Source of the DNA: Oscillospiraceae bacterium
GTDB taxonomy: Bacteria; Bacillota; Clostridia; Oscillospirales; Acutalibacteraceae
NCBI GenBank assembly: GCA_015066385.1
Contig: SVOJ01000007.1
Location: 17,448-81,447 of the forward strand
DNA length: 64,000 nt
Direction of reading: 5' to 3'
In this document: piece after piece, positions 1 through 8,995 of the stretch
How the letters are laid out: the number at the start of each line of letters is the position of its first letter
Numbering within the stretch: position 1 is the stretch's first letter
Translations under genes and position numbers: made by a program
The notes under the pieces: generated by a model
Told to the model about the DNA's origin: nothing
The model's database searches: none
The model's input: the letters and a program-made list of their open reading frames with translations, nothing else

Positions 1-743
1 TGTCAGGCAGAGGCGAATTGCATCTTTCCATCCTTATCGAAACCATGCGCAGACAGGGCTATGAATTCCAGGTTTCCCGTCCGAAAGTTATTTTCAAAGA
101 GATCGACGGCAAACTGCACGAACCCATGGAACTGCTCATCGTTGAAGTTCCGCAGGACTATGTCGGCGCAGTTATGGAAAAAATCGGGTCCCGTAAAGGT
201 GAACTCGAAAACATGGGTACCCGCGACGGCGGCACGACCCACCTTGAATTCAAGATCCCCGCAAGAGGTCTTATCGGCTACCGTTCGGAATTCCTCACCG
301 ATACCAACGGTTACGGTATTATGAACAACCTCTTTGCAGGCTATGAACCCTACAAGGGCGATATTCAGATGCGTGAAAGAGGCTCCATTGTTTCGCACGA
401 AACGGGTGAAAGCACCGCCTACGGTCTGTGGAACACCCAGGAACGCGGCAGACTGTTCATCGGCCCCGGTGTTGATGTTTACGAAGGTATGATCGTCGGC
501 GAATGTGCTAAAAACGAAGACCTTGTCTGCAACGTCTGCAAGAAAAAGCAGATGACCAACACCCGTGCATCGGGTTCGGATGAAGCACTGCGTCTTGTGC
601 CGCCTTCAAGACTCAGCCTTGAACAGAGCATGGAATTCATCGGCGACGATGAACTGCTCGAAGTCACCCCTGTTTCACTTCGTCTGCGCAAGCGTGTTCT
701 CTCCAAGGAAATGAGACTCAAAGCCGAGCACAGAAAGAAATAA
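1..743 (+). CDS. typA: Translational GTPase TypA/BipA, C-terminal part (5' end outside window)
   Basis: The frame is open from the window edge. The peptide GRGELHLSILIETMRRQGYEFQVSRPKVIF ... LEQSMEFIGDDELLEVTPVSLRLRK matches the conserved C-terminal half of BipA/TypA. Confidence 0.9.
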   Translation, partial: SGRGELHLSILIETMRRQGYEFQVSRPKVIFKEIDGKLHEPMELLIVEVPQDYVGAVMEKIGSRKGELENMGTRDGGTTHLEFKIPARGLIGYRSEFLTDTNGYGIMNNLFAGYEPYKGDIQMRERGSIVSHETGESTAYGLWNTQERGRLFIGPGVDVYEGMIVGECAKNEDLVCNVCKKKQMTNTRASGSDEALRLVPPSRLSLEQSMEFIGDDELLEVTPVSLRLRKRVLSKEMRLKAEHRKK

Positions 744-745
744 TC

Positions 746-1117
746 ATGGACACTAAAAACATTTTAAAAATAACGGTAGGCGGGCAGACGTATAATCTTG
801 TCACCAATGACCGCACGCGCGAAGCAAAAGAACTTGCCGCTGACCTCGACAAGAAAGTGACCCGCCTGATGAAAGAAAACGCAGGCTGTACCTACACGCA
901 GGCGGTGGTATTGGCGGCACTCGACTATGCGCAGACCGCAAAACATGCCTCTGAATCCGAAGAAAAACTGCGCAGTGAGGTACGCGCTTATCTTGAAGAT
1001 TCCGCCAAAGCCAAAACTGAACGCGACAAGGCAAACCGCGAACTTGAACGCCTGAAACTCAAACTCAAGCGCTCGCAAAGCACAAGCAAATCCTCCCTGT
1101 GGGGAACGGAAGAATAA
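746..1117 (+). CDS. zapA: ZapA-like cell division protein with coiled-coil tail
   Basis: 123 aa starting 3 nt after the typA stop. The N-terminal pattern ILKITVGGQTYNLV...ELAADLDKKV...QAVVLAALDYA resembles ZapA. The C-terminus is charged. Confidence 0.6.
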   Translation: MDTKNILKITVGGQTYNLVTNDRTREAKELAADLDKKVTRLMKENAGCTYTQAVVLAALDYAQTAKHASESEEKLRSEVRAYLEDSAKAKTERDKANRELERLKLKLKRSQSTSKSSLWGTEE

Positions 1118-1120
1118 AAA

Positions 1121-1168
1121 AGAACAGCATCAACACATCCGATTGCGATGGAATGATGCTGTTTTTTA
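1121..1168. terminator. Rho-independent terminator between convergent genes
   Basis: The stem AACAGCATCA (1123-1132) pairs with TGATGCTGTT (1154-1163) and is followed by a T run. Confidence 0.7.
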
Positions 1169-1184
1169 TATCGATCTTTTCTGA

Positions 1185-1649
1185 TTATTGTGTCGGGAAA
1201 CGCTGAAACGGTGCTTTGCTTGTTATTTTTGTAATCGGGTACGGACAATATCGCGCGAGTGCTTTTTTAGCGGATCGTCCGTACTGAAAATACGGTTTTG
1301 CTTCTTCAATTTTCCTTTGTTCTTTGCGATCGGTGGTTGCAAATTCAAATTCAATGGAAGGAAGTCGGAATTGTGAGCCGATGCGCAAGGCTTTGATTTC
1401 TTCCCATTGGTATGTCCACAGAATGTTCTGCTTTTGAAGGCATGTAATTGCTTGTTCAGTCACTTCTATGTGCGGAGAAGAAAAGGCGATACAATTGAAA
1501 ATAAAGCACACAAGGATAAGCAACAGCATAATTAAAAGCAAAGGAGCAAACGGTTTGACACGGATCAGAAGGAATATATAGCAGGCTGTCGGAATTGCGA
1601 ATGCAATTGCCGATTCAATGACAATAAGTTCATCTCGCCGAAAACGCAT
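1185..1649 (-). CDS. Hypothetical membrane protein
   Basis: 154-aa ORF with two N-terminal hydrophobic helices. No recognisable family. Confidence 0.45.
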   Translation of the reverse strand: MRFRRDELIVIESAIAFAIPTACYIFLLIRVKPFAPLLLIMLLLILVCFIFNCIAFSSPHIEVTEQAITCLQKQNILWTYQWEEIKALRIGSQFRLPSIEFEFATTDRKEQRKIEEAKPYFQYGRSAKKALARYCPYPITKITSKAPFQRFPTQ

Positions 1650-1779
1650 TGAAGCTCATCCTTTCTTTTGTTCTGTTTACAGTATATCATATTTTGAACC
1701 AAAAGAAAACAGCAGAATGTGCAAAAAAGAAGGTATCTTTTTTGCAAAGAATGCATTTCTGTCTGTTCGAAGACAGACA

Positions 1780-1794
1780 GATAAACCGTAATTT
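1780..1794. repeat. Solo copy of the foldback-element terminus (GATAAACCGTAATTT)
   Basis: It shares the invariant 12-mer AAACCGTAATTT with the right ends of the elements at 13475-13742 and 57921-58442 and with the solo copy at 38491-38509. Confidence 0.5.
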
Positions 1795-1847
1795 ACCGCA
1801 CAAAAAGGAGCTGCTTTGGTTGCAACTCCTTTTGGTGATGACTGATT

Positions 1848-4079
1848 TTACCTTTTTCCGATTTTCTTTTTTGCCTGTTTTGATTCCAGGCGGCGCTGGG
1901 TTTCGAGGGCACGTTGTGCTTTCTGCTGTGCTTCCACTTTCAGCATCCGTGCATATTCTTCCTCCACACGTGCTTTTGCTGCATCGTAGTCTGCAAGGAA
2001 CGAATCAAGATTACGGTAGCAGTCGTCAAGAATCAGATTTCGTTTTGCCGCAAGATAGGGTTTTGTAACCTTTGCATAGCTGTTGCGCTCCCGCTTGGCA
2101 GTTCGGATGGCGGCACTGCGTGCCTTTTTCTGCTCGGCGGTGTTTGTGGGCATGTTGTATGCGTTTTCAAGGTCAGCCGGGTCGAAGGTCTGCACACCGT
2201 CGGGGTACTGTTTCTTAACAATGTTTGCAATGCGCGGCAGGCTTTTCAGCAGGCTGATCATATCGCGGCGCTGTGTTTTTTCTGCGCTTGTGGCACCCTT
2301 GGGCAGTGTTTTCGCAAGGTGCAGCAGTTCTTCTGCCTGTAAGAAATATCCGTTTTCGCCTGCAGATACGATTTTTTCACTCAGGTCGAGTATTGCCGCA
2401 CCGAACGGCGTATTGAATCGGTTCAGTTCCGTGTTGACAAAGGCGGCAATTTCAATTTCTTCATTGATGTGCTTCTTTTCTTTGTTTGCGGCACGTTCAT
2501 CCTTGTCTTTGGTGCGGATGATGGTCTGCTCTTGCTGATTTTCGTATTCCTTGGCTGCAAAAATGCCTTCGCAGGCTTCGCAATACAGTTTGTCGTCCAG
2601 CAGTCCTGCGGCTTTGTCCTCTGCCGCCGAGCGCAGGCGGATCACACGGATCACACCCTTTTGTCCCGCTTCGGTCAGGTCATAGAAGAACCACGGAATG
2701 ATGTCGATGACCGCGCCGACAAGGCTTATTTTCATCAGCACATCCAGCAGGGAATACAGCACATTGCCCTCGTTGTAGTTTCCGTTGTCATCATACACCA
2801 TCAGCACCGAATAGTCCGTGCCGTCAAAGCCGTTTTTGCGGTAGACCCACGGAACAAACAGGTTCGTGACGGCACCGACCGCACCGCCGACATAGTGTTC
2901 AACCAGTCCGAATGCGCCGTCAATGCGTTCACCCGACAGATATTGCTGATAATCGCGTATATCCGACTCGATGGCTCTGTCCACAACCTCCGTGGTGTCC
3001 CAGAAGCGGTTGAGGAAGAAGAACACGGCAATCAGGAAGATGCTCTTTTTGTAGGTCAGAAGCAGACCGAGGGTAATGAACACCTGACTTGTGTTTTTGA
3101 CGATTTTGAACTTGCGCTTGCCCAGCACACGGATGAGTGTGGGGGAAAACAGCATTGCCCACATGGATGAATTGTAGGTGAGGGTATCGATAACACCGTA
3201 CATGCTCATGGAGCCGACCTTGCCGTAGTGGAAAACCCACTGCAGCAGGATATTCTTGCACGATTCCATAAAATCGTTCCACGCGTCGGTGCACTTGATC
3301 CAGAAATATCTGTTGCTTGTGACCGCACGCAGGGCATCGAGGAAGCCAAGGTCTGCCACTTCGGAAACGGGCTGAATAATGCGCTCGCGCACACCGAAGT
3401 AGGCGGTCATGCTCATGGCACAGCCGACGATGATGAACACGGGGTAGATCATGCGGTAGGTGTTGATATTATACAGATTGCCGTCTGCAAACAGATCAGC
3501 CATCACGGGCATGATGATTCCCGTCAGGCTCGGTGCAAAGTTATGTACAAGGCTTGTCACGGTCATAATGCGCACGCGCTCTTGTGAATTCGGTGACAAA
3601 ACGTACACAAGGTTGCTCACGCCCGTGGAGTACCAGCCCTTGACATATCCCTCGATCTGTCCGATTAAGAACAGCGAAACGACCATTTTCATGTAGCCGA
3701 CCTTTTCATACGGGAAGAACAAGGCAAACATCGACAGTATCGCGGCAGGGATGGCAAGTTTCACATAAACACGGTATTTGCCGTCGCGGCTTCGCAGATG
3801 GTCAATGATATACGCATTCAGCGGAGCTGTGACATAGCCGATGGCTGTGCAGATATAGCCTAAAATAATCAGGTCGCGGTGGGTCATGTGCAGGGTGGTT
3901 GCCGTAAAGGCATCGTTGACACCGAAGCCGAAGCCGAACGAGGTGGCAAGGCGCATGCCCAACCAACCGATGGACAGCATAAAATATTCTTTGTATGCGA
4001 CATAGTCGCCCGGTGCGGGATGTTTCCAATAAGCACGCACATCGCGCACAAGAGAAATTCCTTTTTTGATGATGGTCAT
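1848..4079 (-). CDS. GPH/MFS_2-type transporter with ~275-aa charged C-terminal tail
   Basis: 743 aa. The N-terminal ~465 aa are polytopic and carry MFS_2-like motifs (DHLRSRDGKYR, SPNSQER, DYQQYLSGERIDG). The last ~275 aa are K/E/A-rich and non-membrane. The start overlaps the GH30 stop by 4 nt. Confidence 0.65.
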   Translation of the reverse strand: MTIIKKGISLVRDVRAYWKHPAPGDYVAYKEYFMLSIGWLGMRLATSFGFGFGVNDAFTATTLHMTHRDLIILGYICTAIGYVTAPLNAYIIDHLRSRDGKYRVYVKLAIPAAILSMFALFFPYEKVGYMKMVVSLFLIGQIEGYVKGWYSTGVSNLVYVLSPNSQERVRIMTVTSLVHNFAPSLTGIIMPVMADLFADGNLYNINTYRMIYPVFIIVGCAMSMTAYFGVRERIIQPVSEVADLGFLDALRAVTSNRYFWIKCTDAWNDFMESCKNILLQWVFHYGKVGSMSMYGVIDTLTYNSSMWAMLFSPTLIRVLGKRKFKIVKNTSQVFITLGLLLTYKKSIFLIAVFFFLNRFWDTTEVVDRAIESDIRDYQQYLSGERIDGAFGLVEHYVGGAVGAVTNLFVPWVYRKNGFDGTDYSVLMVYDDNGNYNEGNVLYSLLDVLMKISLVGAVIDIIPWFFYDLTEAGQKGVIRVIRLRSAAEDKAAGLLDDKLYCEACEGIFAAKEYENQQEQTIIRTKDKDERAANKEKKHINEEIEIAAFVNTELNRFNTPFGAAILDLSEKIVSAGENGYFLQAEELLHLAKTLPKGATSAEKTQRRDMISLLKSLPRIANIVKKQYPDGVQTFDPADLENAYNMPTNTAEQKKARSAAIRTAKRERNSYAKVTKPYLAAKRNLILDDCYRNLDSFLADYDAAKARVEEEYARMLKVEAQQKAQRALETQRRLESKQAKKKIGKR

Positions 4080-5470
4080 ACAAGCCCTCCTCTGAACACA
4101 AGCGTTGTTACACTGCGGGGAGAAAGCAGAAGGTTGTCTGCGCTGAATTGTTTCTGCGTAAGGTCATTTTCCGTATCCGTCACAAAGCCCTGCACGGTCT
4201 GCCCCGTAATCTGAGGCAGGCAGAGTTGCTGTGCCGTTTCGGATTTGTTCAGCACCACAACCACCGTTTCGCCGTCCTTTTCAAATGCGGCAGCTTTTAT
4301 GTTGTCGTTTTTGGTTTCGGCGGGCATGTATTTTGCACCCACGGGAATGTATTTCGAGAAATTGCCGAAGGCAAAATAGCGTTTTGTAAATTCAAAACCG
4401 GGTTTGTCAAGGTCAATATACAAAAGTCCGTCGCAGTAGTCCACGTTGGAAACCGCAATCCAGTTCTGCCATGCGCAGGCATGCAACAGGCAAATATCGT
4501 CGAGCATGGTTTCTGTTTGCACAAGTGCGGAATCCATGCCGTAATCCCGTCCGCCCTGCATGTGTGTCCACTCGCTCACACGCACCTTGGCATCGGGATA
4601 TTTTTTGTTAAGCCATCTGCGCCAGCGTTTGACGTAAGAGATTCGGTCATTCAGAAAATCCGTGATCGCACCTAAGTTTACGGGCAGCGGCAGGAAATAG
4701 GAATGCACGTCCACACCATCGGACATGGATTTTATCTTTTTATCCCCGAGCATAATGCGCGAGTAGGTTTTGTTGAACCAGCGGATGTCGCCGTTTTCCG
4801 CACCCGAAAGCAGAACACCGAGGTCTGCTTCTTTGAATTTGTCGGCACAGATGCGCATCAGTTCCCAAACCTGCCACGGACGGTAATGGCAGCCTTCCTG
4901 TCCGTTCTTTTCCGTCCATACCCACACGGGTTCATTGACGGGGGAAAAGAATTTTACGGGCACACCCAAAGACAAGAAGTGCTTTGTTACCTGCACACAA
5001 TAGTCGGCAAAGGGGGAAAAATTCTTGCGGCGGATGTTGATGCCGCCGGCTCTGCTTACACAGCTTTTGCCGTTGATGGTGTATTTTTCAGGCGGTGAAT
5101 TGCAGAACAGCACCACTTCTTCGCAACCGTTTTTTACGCAGGACAAAAGCATGCGCACGGCATTTTCATCTCGCGACCAGTCGTAAGTGCCGTCATTTTT
5201 CAGATGGCATTCCGCCATACGGCAGGTCTGATTGAATACGGAAGATTTGGAATTCTGCGAGCCGCCGCCGAGGTTGTGACGGTAACAGGTGATGCCGATG
5301 CCGTTTTCTTTGTCAAACAGCAGTTGTGCAATGCGCTCATAGACGGGCAGTCCGCTGTCGGGATCTGTTTGCATCCAGCCGCCGACTACCTGTGCCCACC
5401 ATGCGCCGCTTGCACCGAAGCCTTCCATGGTTTGTTGTGCGCGGTCGGGGTAAAGAATCAGTTTTTGCAT
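4076..5470 (-). CDS. Glycoside hydrolase family 30 (O-glycosyl hydrolase)
   Basis: 464 aa. It has the N-terminal MEGFGASGAWW motif, the acid/base-type SPVNEP motif and a later VSEW motif. No signal peptide. Confidence 0.8.
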   Translation of the reverse strand: MQKLILYPDRAQQTMEGFGASGAWWAQVVGGWMQTDPDSGLPVYERIAQLLFDKENGIGITCYRHNLGGGSQNSKSSVFNQTCRMAECHLKNDGTYDWSRDENAVRMLLSCVKNGCEEVVLFCNSPPEKYTINGKSCVSRAGGINIRRKNFSPFADYCVQVTKHFLSLGVPVKFFSPVNEPVWVWTEKNGQEGCHYRPWQVWELMRICADKFKEADLGVLLSGAENGDIRWFNKTYSRIMLGDKKIKSMSDGVDVHSYFLPLPVNLGAITDFLNDRISYVKRWRRWLNKKYPDAKVRVSEWTHMQGGRDYGMDSALVQTETMLDDICLLHACAWQNWIAVSNVDYCDGLLYIDLDKPGFEFTKRYFAFGNFSKYIPVGAKYMPAETKNDNIKAAAFEKDGETVVVVLNKSETAQQLCLPQITGQTVQGFVTDTENDLTQKQFSADNLLLSPRSVTTLVFRGGLV

Positions 5471-5561
5471 TGCAATCTCCCTCCAATCATTTTCTGCAAT
5501 ATTCCGGAATAAATTTAATCCGCAGGATATTTGATTTCGTTTTAAAAGTTTTTACGGAAGT

Positions 5562-7724
5562 TCAACGGGTTATTTTTGGTTCATTGAACGAGTTGATGAG
5601 TTCTTCTTCGGTCAGGTCGGTAGCAAGATACCGTCGCCCCGCCACAGGCAAAACCACCTTGCTGTCCCGTTCTGCAAGTTCGATCGGTACTCCGTCAGGG
5701 GTGTCCGCATACTGCAGTTTATCAGTACTGACGGCCAAAAGCAACTCACCCGTTCCTGTGTTGTGCCAAACGACCGCGCACTGCTTACCGCCGCGTTCAA
5801 AGCGGAATGCGGAAATGTTTTTGTCTTTTGTCTGCAACCGTTCACAGGCGGTCAGTTCGTATTCGTTTTTGCTGTTTTTCAACAAAATATGCTCGCTCTG
5901 CGCTTGTTGCAGGGCTTTTTTCTGTTCTTCGGTCAGAAGTCTGCGTGTGCGTACATCTTCCCAATCCGACAGCATCTGTGCTATGTCATCCATGCGTGGA
6001 TGTGTGCGGAATCGTTGCAGATTTCCTCTGAGCGTGGCAGGACAATCAAAGCCTGCCGCACGCGACGTGCCGTATTCAAGGGTATCGGTTTGCGTGTCGG
6101 CATAAAATTCCCACCAGCCGAAATTCAGCCGTGTGCGGTCCTGCCGCATCAAAGGTGCTTCGTGCAAAGGGTAACGGTCAATCATGGCTTTGAAAATGTC
6201 GGTCGGAAAAATATCAAACGCATTGCCGCCGCTGAGCATGTGCCAACTGAAGTGTCCCTTGGCGGCACCTTCACAGAACAGCGGTGCGGGATTACACTTT
6301 TTGTAAACACGCCATTGTGCAAGCGGGATGAAGTTTTCAAAGGGCGGGTTTGTCCCCTCCGAGCCGTCAAAATAAATAAAGCGGAAGCCCTGATTGTAAA
6401 CTGCGGCGATCTTATCGGCGATTTCATCGGGCAGGTCGGTACGCTGATCGGCATACACGCTCATCGCACCGAATTCGCTGACCCATACCACACCCGCCGC
6501 CGTTCCCGCTTCATGGGCAACGGCTTTTGTTCCGTTGAAACCGCGCGTGCAACCGCGGAAACAATACGGATATTCCTGCGAGACATCGGTATAGGAAATC
6601 AGTTCCCTGCCGATGCGAAGCAGTCTGCAATTCTGCGGCAGATCGGGATCAAAGCAGAATTGGTCGGTATAAATTTCGGTGTCGCTTGCGGAAACAGGCT
6701 TTGAGAGCGTGAGCATCTGCCGATGCAAAATACGGTGATCGGCTTCGGGAGTCATGTAACGGCTTTTCATGCCGATATGCGTCTGCAAAAAATGAAAACC
6801 GGGTAAGATGCCCGCCGCATACACTTTATCGAGCATGCTGCACACATCGGCAAGACCGTTCGGAAAATCCTCTTTGAAATCAAAATCCCCGTTGTAAAAA
6901 TAGCCGTCTTCCCTGAAAAAGCAGGTGTAATAGAACAGCATCAGGCGGAAGCCGCATTTTTTGGCATACGCAATATGTTCGTCAATGTTCTGCAGGTCGG
7001 CATCGTGCACCCAATAGACGGAGGCATTGATGTATTCACTTCTGCGGCTTTGCACCCCCAAGGGCAAATTATAATCCTTTTCAAAACGGTCGATGCGGTC
7101 AAGAAAGGTTTCGTTTGCATCCGCAAACAGTGCCGCCGTTGCACCTTGCAGCCGAAGACTTCTTGCGGCAACGGCAGACAGCAGAATATGCTCCTCTTTC
7201 TGTTGCGATTCTGCCCGCACAAGCACATCGGGCGTAGTCAGGCACACAGCAGTGCGTTCGTCGGACACAAGATTCATCCATGTACTGAACTGTTTTTTTC
7301 TGCACACGGGCAGTTGCAGAATGCAGAATTCGTCCACGGGCGGTTTTGGCATGTAAAGCCCTGCAAAGGATGTGTCGGGACAAAGGAATTTTTCCAATGT
7401 AAAGGTGAAATACTGTTCTTTGTCTTCCACCGTTATGACCGCTTCATAACGGACTTCTTCAAAACCGACGATCAGTCTGCCGTCGGCATAGCACAAGGAA
7501 TTACTCTGCAATGTTGTACGGCGGCTTGTGTGCATGAGTTTTGATTCGTTATCGTAAAACCGTTCCTGGGTGAGTGAACAAAGGGGCATAAGATGCACGG
7601 TATCCAGAAGTTCTTCCCCCGTCTGCAGGCAGACAAGTGAGTGTGCTTTTCCGTCCGTGCCGAGGGTGAGTTGCATAAAGGCATTTGACAGAACGATTTT
7701 GTTTTCAACACAGCGGACATTCAT
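5562..7724 (-). CDS. Hypothetical 720-aa protein, possible uncharacterised glycoside hydrolase
   Basis: Long ORF in an operon with GH30 and the transporter. I recognise no motif; the function is inferred only from context. Confidence 0.6.
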   Translation of the reverse strand: MNVRCVENKIVLSNAFMQLTLGTDGKAHSLVCLQTGEELLDTVHLMPLCSLTQERFYDNESKLMHTSRRTTLQSNSLCYADGRLIVGFEEVRYEAVITVEDKEQYFTFTLEKFLCPDTSFAGLYMPKPPVDEFCILQLPVCRKKQFSTWMNLVSDERTAVCLTTPDVLVRAESQQKEEHILLSAVAARSLRLQGATAALFADANETFLDRIDRFEKDYNLPLGVQSRRSEYINASVYWVHDADLQNIDEHIAYAKKCGFRLMLFYYTCFFREDGYFYNGDFDFKEDFPNGLADVCSMLDKVYAAGILPGFHFLQTHIGMKSRYMTPEADHRILHRQMLTLSKPVSASDTEIYTDQFCFDPDLPQNCRLLRIGRELISYTDVSQEYPYCFRGCTRGFNGTKAVAHEAGTAAGVVWVSEFGAMSVYADQRTDLPDEIADKIAAVYNQGFRFIYFDGSEGTNPPFENFIPLAQWRVYKKCNPAPLFCEGAAKGHFSWHMLSGGNAFDIFPTDIFKAMIDRYPLHEAPLMRQDRTRLNFGWWEFYADTQTDTLEYGTSRAAGFDCPATLRGNLQRFRTHPRMDDIAQMLSDWEDVRTRRLLTEEQKKALQQAQSEHILLKNSKNEYELTACERLQTKDKNISAFRFERGGKQCAVVWHNTGTGELLLAVSTDKLQYADTPDGVPIELAERDSKVVLPVAGRRYLATDLTEEELINSFNEPKITR

Positions 7725-7912
7725 GTTGATTCGTCCTTTCGTATGATTTTACGAATGCCTTTTTCGGCTTTCACACGCGGGATCATAAACATGTGACCGC
7801 AGCCGGTACAACGCAGTCTGAAATCCATGCCGACCCGCAACACGTCAAAACGGTTGCATCCGCAGGGGTGGTTTTTTTTCATTTCAAGTACATCGCCAAG
7901 GCGGATATCCAT
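7721..7912 (-). CDS. DUF951 family small protein
   Basis: MDIRLGDVLEMKKNHPCGCNRFDVLRVGMDFRLRCTGCGHMFMIPR is the typical DUF951 4-Cys pattern. I chose the internal ATG at 7912, which is preceded by GGGGAG. The stop overlaps the next start by 4 nt. Confidence 0.75.
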   Translation of the reverse strand: MDIRLGDVLEMKKNHPCGCNRFDVLRVGMDFRLRCTGCGHMFMIPRVKAEKGIRKIIRKDEST

Positions 7913-8009
7913 ATCGTTCTCCCCTTTTTTATGTCCATTATAGCATACTTTCACCGCAAGACAAATATATTTTTATAACAAGTCTTATTTTCCGAAAGGA
8001 TGCGAGTTT

Positions 8010-8930
8010 ATGGTTTTTTTGCCCGAGGGCAGTCTTTGGAATATACCGTCCAATCTTTCTTATATGAGCAGTGTTTCTTCCGTGCGCGATGCCATGAATG
8101 CACAGACCGTGCTCGAAGCGCGGGCGCTGAAATGCGATTCCGATCACAACCTGCACGTGGATTTAGGGTGCATGCGCGGGGTGATTCCGCGTGAGGAGGG
8201 TGCACTGGGCATTGCGGACGGCTCGGTACGTGATATTGCCCTCATCTCCCGCGTAGGGAAAGCGGTCTGCTTTGTAGTACAGGATCTTGCCTTTGACGGT
8301 AACGGACAGTTGTTTGCCCTGCTTTCACGCCGCCGTGCACAGGAGCTTTGCAACCAATATTATGTTTCGTCCCTTCGACCGGGGGATGTGGTGACGGTGC
8401 GTGTGACGCACTGCGAACCGTTTGGTGCATTCTGCGATATCGGCGCGGGAGTTGCAAGTCTTCTTCCCATTGATGCGGTGTCGGTGTCACGCATTCCGCA
8501 CCCGGGCGTGCGTTTTTTTGCAGGCCAAGAGATCCGTTGCGTGGTCAAAGGGACGGACAGCATCGGCAGAATTCTGTTAACACACAAAGAATTGCTCGGA
8601 ACATGGGAAGAAAACGCGGCATTGTTCACAACGGGGGAAACGGTGTCGGGTACGGTACGTTCGGTGGAATCGTACGGCATTTTTGTGGAACTGACTCCGA
8701 ATCTTGCGGGGCTTGCGGAATACACACCCGATGTGCGGGTTGGTCAGCGTGCCGCGGTCTACATAAAAAGCATTCTGCCCGAAAAAATGAAGGTCAAGCT
8801 GATTCTTGTGGATTCCTTCGACGAAAAAGCACACCATACCCCGCCGCGGTATTTCTTTGACGGCGAACACATGGATTCGTTTTTGTATTCTCCGCCGTGC
8901 GCCGCCAAGCGGATTGAAACGGTATTTTAA
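8010..8930 (+). CDS. S1 RNA-binding domain protein
   Basis: 306 aa with S1-like segments (GDVVTVRVTHCEPFGAFCDIG, GETVSGTVRSVESYGIFVEL). Confidence 0.7.
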   Translation: MVFLPEGSLWNIPSNLSYMSSVSSVRDAMNAQTVLEARALKCDSDHNLHVDLGCMRGVIPREEGALGIADGSVRDIALISRVGKAVCFVVQDLAFDGNGQLFALLSRRRAQELCNQYYVSSLRPGDVVTVRVTHCEPFGAFCDIGAGVASLLPIDAVSVSRIPHPGVRFFAGQEIRCVVKGTDSIGRILLTHKELLGTWEENAALFTTGETVSGTVRSVESYGIFVELTPNLAGLAEYTPDVRVGQRAAVYIKSILPEKMKVKLILVDSFDEKAHHTPPRYFFDGEHMDSFLYSPPCAAKRIETVF

Positions 8931-8933
8931 ATA

Positions 8934-8981
8934 AAGGGTCTGTTGCATTTAGTTTCTTTTTTCTAAATGCAACAGACCCTT
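8934..8981. terminator. Bidirectional terminator (perfect 19-bp stem)
   Basis: AAGGGTCTGTTGCATTTAG (8934-8952) pairs with CTAAATGCAACAGACCCTT (8963-8981) across a T-rich loop. It lies between convergent genes. Confidence 0.8.
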
Positions 8982-8995
8982 TGTCGGGTGTATTT

